The notes under the pieces were generated by a model. That model saw only the letters and a program-made list of their open reading frames with translations, was not told the DNA's origin and searched no databases. DNA of 64,000 nt, taken from positions 68,029 through 132,028 of the forward strand of contig CAUWFE010000001.1 of NCBI GenBank assembly GCA_963558185.1, written 5' to 3'. Shown piece by piece: positions 30,735-37,101 of this stretch. The number at the start of each line of letters is the position of its first letter. The stretch's first letter is position 1. Source of the stretch: an uncultured Clostridia bacterium (GTDB lineage: Bacteria > Bacillota > Clostridia > TANB77 > CAG-508). Position numbers and translations under genes: made by a program.

Positions 30735-30875
30735 ATGATATTACAGTCAAAAAACTGTAATAAAAAACAAGATTTTAAAATTTTAACTATAAAAAGGCAT
30801 AATGCCTCTTTCCCCAAAAGTTTCGCTTTGGGGATTTATTAATTTAATAGCTCTTTTCTAGTATAAATAAGTACA
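30735..30875. repeat. 141-bp direct repeat, copy A
   Basis: 134/141 identical to 32337-32477 with no indels. Contains hairpins ATTACAGT..ACTGTAAT, AGGCAT-A-ATGCCT and CCCCAAA..TTTGGGG. Confidence 0.9.
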
Positions 30876-31288
30876 TTCGAAATTAATTTACGTCCTTCAT
30901 TTGTTAAATAATATTTGTTTTTTTCGTGCCACTTTTTTTATAATTCCATCTGCAAGTTGCTGTGTTTCTTTAAAATTTTCTATATATGAAAAAGAGTTAT
31001 TATACATTTCATATTTTATATTGTTCTTATTGAGAATTTTAGAAAGATATTCTCTTCCATATCAAGACAAAGAATATGAAACTTTATTTGATAGCGTGAA
31101 AAACAAATATAAGTTACAAGAAAATTCATCTCTATCATATGAAAAAGGTATTATCAAGCTTACCAACTTTGGATTAAATTTTATTGAAATATGTATTTCT
31201 TAATTTATTTATAAATAAACAAATATATAAATTCAAATAGTGTATAACTTTATTAAGCAATTCATATAATATTAATGTCAAATTTAGT

Positions 31289-31317
31289 TTGACAAGTTAA
31301 ATATTATATGCTAAAAT
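31289..31317 (+). promoter_or_regulatory. Near-consensus promoter with extended -10
   Basis: TTGACA (31289-94), 17 nt spacer, TGc-TAAAAT (31309-17). No protein gene lies downstream on this strand. Confidence 0.65.
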
Positions 31318-31323
31318 ATATTT

Positions 31324-31556
31324 AACTTAACCCTCCACTACTTTCGTAGTGAGACGGGAGCCTAAATGATTTTGGAGAGTTCAAAGCAACTCTCCTTTTA
31401 ATATAATAGGAAAGTTCTCCAAACTTTCCTATTATATTAAAAGCTTCGCTAAACATTTCACACAAATTTTATTTCATAAAATTTGGCGAGCGAACAAAGA
31501 CGAGGCATGAAAAGTCATTAAAAATGTTGAAAATATTAATCATGCCTCTTTTGTTC
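31324..31556 (+). ncRNA. Candidate structured sRNA (about 230 nt), convergent with MazF-like gene
   Basis: Bounded by a promoter and a terminator (GAGGCATGA..TCATGCCTC plus T run, 31502-31555). Hairpins at 31336-51 and 31374-95, plus a 22-bp stem at 31395-31443 with a CUCCA loop. Family unknown. Confidence 0.45.
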
Positions 31557-32252
31557 TTATTTCGTAAAAAATTTTATAATTTGTTTATCAATCAAATCAA
31601 GTGATTCACCAGATATTTTCACATTTCTTCTAACAGTATCTTTAAAAATTCTTTGTTTGCTAATTGTTGTTATTTGATTAATTAAAGCAATGCTATCCTT
31701 CTTCATTTTAGAAATTTCGTTCTCCATTTTTTTTATATATTTTTGTTCTTTTTCTATTATATTTTGAATGTTAATAGGCACATCATCTATTTTTTCTAAT
31801 TCATATAATATTTGCTGTAACTTTTGCTTTTCTTTTTCAATTTTCTCTTTAAAAACATTATAAAGTTCTTTTCCAAGATTTACAGAAGATAAATAATAGT
31901 TTTTACCATCTTTTCTTGATGTTAATGGAATAACATTCAAAGCACCGTTTCTTGTATTATCATATTTATTTAAAACAATACAATAATGCAAGCCACCTAA
32001 TTCATTTCCAATATTAAACCCTAAGTTTACTTTTATAACATCACCACGAGAGTACATACCAGATTTTGAAATATCAAATGTTCCTTCTTCATCATGATAT
32101 TCAGCGAAATCATTTATCCAATAAGCTAATAAATCACTTTTCTTATATTCATTTAATTCTATATGTTTTAAAAAAGATAAATCTAATCTATTCAAAGAAT
32201 TATCCTTATGTATAATTGCATTATTTTTTAGTTCAATTTCATCATTATTCAT
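31557..32252 (-). CDS. Long MazF/PemK-like endoribonuclease toxin homolog with N-terminal extension and coiled-coil insert
   Basis: SRGDVIKVNLGFNIGNELGG, VIPLTSRK and SIALINQITTISKQRI align with the PemK/MazF core. ATG 32252 behind GGAAGGTGA. The track start 32294 lies upstream of the promoter. Confidence 0.68.
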   Translation of the reverse strand: MNNDEIELKNNAIIHKDNSLNRLDLSFLKHIELNEYKKSDLLAYWINDFAEYHDEEGTFDISKSGMYSRGDVIKVNLGFNIGNELGGLHYCIVLNKYDNTRNGALNVIPLTSRKDGKNYYLSSVNLGKELYNVFKEKIEKEKQKLQQILYELEKIDDVPINIQNIIEKEQKYIKKMENEISKMKKDSIALINQITTISKQRIFKDTVRRNVKISGESLDLIDKQIIKFFTK

Positions 32253-32284
32253 AGTATCACCTTCCATAATTTTGGTATGACAAT

Positions 32285-32313
32285 ATTGTATCAAACATTT
32301 GTTTAAAATGCAA
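32285..32313 (-). promoter_or_regulatory. Promoter of MazF-like gene
   Basis: On the minus strand, TTGCAT-17 nt-TACAAT, about 26 nt upstream of the start codon. Confidence 0.55.
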
Positions 32314-32336
32314 CAGCGATTGAAAAATAATTTATT

Positions 32337-32477
32337 ATGTTATTACAGTCAAAAAAATGTAATAAAAAGCAAGATTTTAAAATTTTAACTATAAAAAGGT
32401 ATAATGCCTCTTTCCACAAAAGTTTCGCTTTGAGGATTTATTAATTTAATAGCTCTTTTCTAGTATAAATAAATACA
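32337..32477. repeat. 141-bp direct repeat, copy B
   Basis: See copy A. There are 7 substitutions, several of them in hairpin arms. Confidence 0.9.
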
Positions 32478-32719
32478 AAAGTTTCTAAAATTCCATTGAT
32501 TTTTTCTTAATTCTGTTGTATTATATTCATTGTAAACCTCCTTAATTAGCTATGCTTATTTAAACAGGAACAAAAGCTTAAGCTTGAGGTTCCGATATTA
32601 TTATTGTAGCATAGACTACGTGCACCATAGAGTGCTTTATATTAGTATAATCAACATAAATATTATACTATATTAGCAAGCTAATCTAAAGAGGTTTACT
32701 TTTTTTATACAAATTTAGG

Positions 32720-32749
32720 TTGCGGACTTAGTCTGCCGTATGATATAAT
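32720..32749 (+). promoter_or_regulatory. Promoter of LCP/polysaccharide locus
   Basis: TTGCGG-18 nt-TGa-TATAAT (extended -10), 30 nt upstream of the start. Confidence 0.5.
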
Positions 32750-32779
32750 ACACATAAAAAAGTCGAAATAGGAGAAAAT

Positions 32780-33931
32780 ATGAGCGGTAAACATTCAGAA
32801 GAAGGAAGAAAAAGAATAAAAAACGAACAAAACAATAATAAATATGCAAACTATTCAGAAAATGAACAAAGAATGAAAGAAAGACAAATAAAACAACAAC
32901 CAAAAAAGAAGAAAAAAAATAAAGCGATAAAAATTATAGGAATTATCATTTTAATTTTAGTTCTAATATTAGCAGGAGTTGTAGGTGGAGCATATTGGTA
33001 TGTTCATGATAAATTAGGAAAAATGCAACAAGTTGAAATAGATGAAGATAATTTATCAATAGATAATAAAGTACAGCAAAATTTATCTGGATACAGAAAC
33101 ATTGCACTTTTTGGTGTAGATAGTAGAGATGATGACTTAGGAAAAGGCAACAGAAGTGACTGTATAATTATTGCAAGTATAAATAATAAAACTAAAGAAG
33201 TTAAACTATTATCTGTGTATAGAGATACTTATTTACAAATAGAAGGACATGGACTAGATAAGGTAACTCATGCATATGCATATGGAGGTCCAGAACTTGC
33301 AATACAAACATTAAATACTAATTTAGATTTAAACATAAAAGAATTTGTAACAGTAAACTTTGATTCAGTAGCAGCAATTGTAAATAAATTAGGTGGAGTT
33401 ACAATAAATATAGAACAGTCAGAAATTAAATATATAAATGAATATATAGATGCAACATCTAAAATAACAGGTATTTCTTCAAAGCATGTAACAAAATCAG
33501 GAAAACAAACCTTAGATGGAGTTCAAGCTGTTGCATATTCTCGTATAAGATATACTGCTGGAGGAGACTATAAAAGAACAGAACGTATGAGAAATGTATT
33601 AGAAGCAATGGTCAATAAAGTAAAAACAAAGAGCATTGGAGAAATAAATGAAATATTAGACTATTCATTACCAATGATATATACTAACATAAATGCTAAT
33701 GATATAATTGCATTAATACCAGATGCATTAAATTATAAAATAACAGAAAGCATAGGATGGCCATATGATACAAAAGGAATTACATTAAGTGCATGGTATG
33801 GAGTGCCAGTAACATTAGAATCAAATGTAATAAAATTACATCAAGAATTATTTGCAAAAACAGATTATACACCAACTGAAACAGTGCAAGAAATTAGCAA
33901 TAAAATAATCAAAAAAACAGGATATAAATAA
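32780..33931 (+). CDS. LytR-CpsA-Psr (LCP) family glycopolymer ligase
   Basis: Basic N-terminus, one TM helix, and LCP core NIALFGVDSRDD..RSDCIIIAS..RDTY..HAYAYGG. Confidence 0.88.
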   Translation: MSGKHSEEGRKRIKNEQNNNKYANYSENEQRMKERQIKQQPKKKKKNKAIKIIGIIILILVLILAGVVGGAYWYVHDKLGKMQQVEIDEDNLSIDNKVQQNLSGYRNIALFGVDSRDDDLGKGNRSDCIIIASINNKTKEVKLLSVYRDTYLQIEGHGLDKVTHAYAYGGPELAIQTLNTNLDLNIKEFVTVNFDSVAAIVNKLGGVTINIEQSEIKYINEYIDATSKITGISSKHVTKSGKQTLDGVQAVAYSRIRYTAGGDYKRTERMRNVLEAMVNKVKTKSIGEINEILDYSLPMIYTNINANDIIALIPDALNYKITESIGWPYDTKGITLSAWYGVPVTLESNVIKLHQELFAKTDYTPTETVQEISNKIIKKTGYK

Positions 33932-33938
33932 ATATAGT

Positions 33939-33993
33939 GTGTCTAAGATTTTATAACAAAGTTAAGTTTCAAAAAGTCTTAGACATATTTTTT
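33939..33993 (+). terminator. Hairpin terminator
   Basis: GTGTCTAAGATTTT..AAAAAGTCTTAGACAT followed by a T run. Confidence 0.5.
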
Positions 33994-34102
33994 AAATCAC
34001 TTGTTTATGTAAATTAATAACTAATCATAATAAAAAAGACTAAAAATATTGACATATTAGTTAACAAAATATATTATTCATAATAGAAAAAAATCTAAAT
34101 GA

Positions 34103-34813
34103 ATGGGAGTAGCAAAACAAATGGAAATAAATCAAACAAGATATGATGAAAAATTGCTTATAACCACAGAAATTATAAAGAAAACAGAAGAAATTACTAT
34201 ATATAGATATATAAAAAGAATAATTGATATTGTAATTAGTATTATAGGAATTATACTATTAATTCCTATAATTGCTATCCTATGGATAGCAAATTTCGTA
34301 TCAAAAGATAATGGACCTATTTTTTATACTCAAGATCGCATTGGTAAAAATGGAAAGTACTTTAAATTATACAAATTTCGTTCTATGGTAGTTGGAGCAG
34401 ATGAAAAACTTACAAAATATTTAGCTGAAAATGAAGAAGCAAGAAAAGAATATAGAAAATATAAAAAATTAAAAAATGACCCTAGAATAACACCTATAGG
34501 AAAATTTATTAGAGAAACAAGTATTGACGAATTTCCACAATTTATTAATGTTTTAAAAGGAGATATGAGTTTAATAGGTCCACGTCCATATCTACCAAGA
34601 GAAAAAGAAGACATGAAAGATGCATATTACTACATTATAACATGTAAACCAGGATTAACAGGTTTATGGCAAGTAAGTGGTAGAAGTGATGTAGATTTTG
34701 AAAATAGATTAAAATTAGATTTAGAATATATAGAAAAAGAAAGCTTTACATATGATGTAAAACTATTCTTTAAAACCATAGCTAATATGTTTAAAAGAAG
34801 TGGAGCAATATAA
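34103..34813 (+). CDS. Undecaprenyl-phosphate sugar phosphotransferase (bacterial sugar transferase family, priming enzyme)
   Basis: KFRSM, DEFPQFINVLKGDMSLIGPRP and GLTGLWQVSGRS motifs. The start may instead be ATG 34121. Confidence 0.88.
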   Translation: MGVAKQMEINQTRYDEKLLITTEIIKKTEEITIYRYIKRIIDIVISIIGIILLIPIIAILWIANFVSKDNGPIFYTQDRIGKNGKYFKLYKFRSMVVGADEKLTKYLAENEEARKEYRKYKKLKNDPRITPIGKFIRETSIDEFPQFINVLKGDMSLIGPRPYLPREKEDMKDAYYYIITCKPGLTGLWQVSGRSDVDFENRLKLDLEYIEKESFTYDVKLFFKTIANMFKRSGAI

Positions 34814-34832
34814 AAAGAAAGGAAAATAAATT

Positions 34833-35936
34833 ATGAAAAAGTATGATTATATAATTGTAGGAGCAGGCTTATTCGGAGCAATTTTTGCATATGAAGCAAA
34901 TAAAAAAGGAAAAAAATGCTTAGTAATTGAAAAAAGAAGTCAAATTGCTGGAAATATTTATACAGAAGAAGTAGAAGGAATACAAGTTCACAAATATGGA
35001 GCACATATTTTCCATACAAATAATAAAGAAATATGGAATTATATAAATCAGTTTGCAGAATTTAATAGATACACCAATTCACCAATAGCAAGATATAAAG
35101 ATGAACTATATAATATGCCATTTAATATGAATACTTTTCATGCTTTATGGGGAGTATTCACACCAGAAGAAGCCAAAAACAAAATAGAAGAAGAAAAGAA
35201 AAAATACGGAGTAGAAAATCCAAAAAATTTAGAAGAACAAGCTATAAATTTAGTTGGAAAAACTATATATGAAAAACTAGTAAAAGGATATACAGAAAAA
35301 CAGTGGGGAAAAAGAGCAACAGAATTACCAAGTTTTATAATAAAAAGGTTACCAGTAAGATTTACCTATGACAATAATTACTTCAACGATTTATATCAGG
35401 GAATACCAATAGGTGGATATACTAAAATTATAGAAAAAATGTTATCAAATATAGAAGTAAAATTAAATTGTGACTTTTTTGAAGATGAAGATAATTTTAA
35501 AATGATGGCAGAAAAGATAATATTTACAGGACCAATAGACGCTTACTACCATTTCAAATATGGAGAACTAGAATATAGAAGTTTAAAATTTGAAACAGAA
35601 GTATTAGATATGTCAAATTATCAGGGAAATGCAGTAGTTAATTATACAGAATATGATATTCCATATACAAGAATAATAGAACATAAACATTTTGAATACG
35701 GAACTCAAGAAAAAACAGTAATAACTAGAGAATATCCAGAAAAATGGGAACAAGGAGAAGAACCTTATTATCCAATAAATGATGATAAAAATAATGAACT
35801 TTATGAAAAATATAAAAATCTAGCTAAAGAAGATAATAATGTAATTTTTGGAGGAAGATTAGGACAATATAAATATTACGATATGGATAAAGTTATTGCA
35901 GAAGCATTAAAATTAGTAGAAGAGGAATTAAAGTAG
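34833..35936 (+). CDS. glf: UDP-galactopyranose mutase
   Basis: YDYIIVGAGLFG FAD fold, HKYGAHIFHT and YPINDDKN..FGGRLGQYKYYDMD. Confidence 0.93.
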   Translation: MKKYDYIIVGAGLFGAIFAYEANKKGKKCLVIEKRSQIAGNIYTEEVEGIQVHKYGAHIFHTNNKEIWNYINQFAEFNRYTNSPIARYKDELYNMPFNMNTFHALWGVFTPEEAKNKIEEEKKKYGVENPKNLEEQAINLVGKTIYEKLVKGYTEKQWGKRATELPSFIIKRLPVRFTYDNNYFNDLYQGIPIGGYTKIIEKMLSNIEVKLNCDFFEDEDNFKMMAEKIIFTGPIDAYYHFKYGELEYRSLKFETEVLDMSNYQGNAVVNYTEYDIPYTRIIEHKHFEYGTQEKTVITREYPEKWEQGEEPYYPINDDKNNELYEKYKNLAKEDNNVIFGGRLGQYKYYDMDKVIAEALKLVEEELK

Positions 35937-35945
35937 GGAGAAAAA

Positions 35946-37091
35946 ATGATAGTATATATACTTATGTTATTGATATCTATTTTATTTATATATATATCAC
36001 AAAAACAAACAAAAAAATGGGCAAAAATATTATGCTATATAATGGCAGCAATGCCATTTTTCATTGTATCTGCTTTTAGATATGATGTGGGAACAGATTA
36101 TTTATATCGTTATACAAATGATTATAATAGAATGCTAAAAGGGGCAAATGTATCGAACTTAGAAATTCTATTTAAAGCAATAATGTACTTTTGTATGATA
36201 TTTACAACAAAACCATATATGATGTTTTTTATAACTTCAGCATTAATTGTTGGATTAATTATGGGAACAATATTTAAACAATCTAAAAATAAAATATTAA
36301 GTGTATGTATTTTCTTTTTAGGTGGATTTTTCTTTGATTCATTAAATATAATGAGGCAGTATTTAGCTATGAGTATAGTATTTTTTGCATATCAATTTTT
36401 ACTTAAAGACAAAAAATGGTATTTATTATATACATTGTTAGTAATAATAGCAACATTAATTCATTCATCAGCCATAATGATGCTTGTGGCAATATTATTA
36501 ACAAGAAAAATGTTAGTAAGTTGGAAATGGGTAATACCAATATCAATACTTATTTTAATATTAAATGAAAATTTAATTAAGGTATTAGAACTGATACTAC
36601 AAAATACTAGATTTAATGTATATTTAACAGGAAAATATGCTAAAGGAGATATATCATTTTTATTTATTGCAGAAAATTTAATTATATATATAGCTATGTA
36701 TTACTTATATTCAAAAAATAAAAAGTTGGGAAATATACAAACTCAAGATATTTTATTTTTAAATATTCAAGCATTAGCATTAATATTAATGGTATCGGGT
36801 TCTTGCCATATGTTATTTATTAGAATAGCATTATATTTTTCAATATTCCAAGTTATATCTGTGCCATACTATATAAATAAAATGCCAACAAAAGAAATTG
36901 CAGAAGATATAAAAAAGGTAACAAAAAATAAAATAAAAATAGAAAAAATAGTGCCTAAAATGAAAAAAATTGTAACAATTGTAGTTATACTTTGCTTTTC
37001 TTTTGCATTTTTAAGAACAAATATTATGAATAATACAAATGAAGTTTTACCATATAGAACAATTTTTAATACTAAAATAAAAATAAATTAG
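35946..37091 (+). CDS. EpsG family polysaccharide polymerase (Wzy-like)
   Basis: About 11 TM helices and an FRYDVGTDY motif near the N-terminus, typical of EpsG. Confidence 0.72.
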   Translation: MIVYILMLLISILFIYISQKQTKKWAKILCYIMAAMPFFIVSAFRYDVGTDYLYRYTNDYNRMLKGANVSNLEILFKAIMYFCMIFTTKPYMMFFITSALIVGLIMGTIFKQSKNKILSVCIFFLGGFFFDSLNIMRQYLAMSIVFFAYQFLLKDKKWYLLYTLLVIIATLIHSSAIMMLVAILLTRKMLVSWKWVIPISILILILNENLIKVLELILQNTRFNVYLTGKYAKGDISFLFIAENLIIYIAMYYLYSKNKKLGNIQTQDILFLNIQALALILMVSGSCHMLFIRIALYFSIFQVISVPYYINKMPTKEIAEDIKKVTKNKIKIEKIVPKMKKIVTIVVILCFSFAFLRTNIMNNTNEVLPYRTIFNTKIKIN

Positions 37092-37101
37092 AGGAAGATA
37101 T

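Noticed and set aside
30735-30842. A 35-codon ORF conserved in both repeat copies (M[I/L]LQSK[N/K]CNKKQDFKILTIKR[H/Y]NASF[P/H]KSFAL[G/R]IY), and the minus-strand hydrophobic ORF 30614-30817.
   Set aside because: Neither has a Shine-Dalgarno sequence. 5 of the 6 substitutions inside the 35-codon ORF are non-synonymous, so there is no sign of purifying selection. The minus-strand ORF differs in length between copies.
31395-31443. A 22-bp perfect hairpin plus flanking structure resembling a retron msd stem.
   Set aside because: No reverse transcriptase gene exists in or near the cassette, and I could not identify the a1/a2 flanking inverted repeats. It is kept only as part of the sRNA candidate.
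31324-31556. Whether the structured RNA is a housekeeping RNA (SRP/4.5S, 6S, RNase P, tmRNA) or a riboswitch.
   Set aside because: The conserved cores I know are absent: the SRP domain IV GGAA/AGCA loops, RNase P GAGGAAAGUCC (only a loose AGGAAAGUUC is present), and the tmRNA tRNA-like end. No downstream gene lies on that strand for a riboswitch. A definitive answer needs an Infernal/Rfam scan.
30735-32477. The 141-bp repeats as integron attC sites or a cassette array.
   Set aside because: Only two copies are visible and no IntI-type integrase is present. The xerD at 25.5 kb is the core recombinase in conserved synteny with spoIIM, and the repeats are direct copies rather than imperfect attC palindromes.
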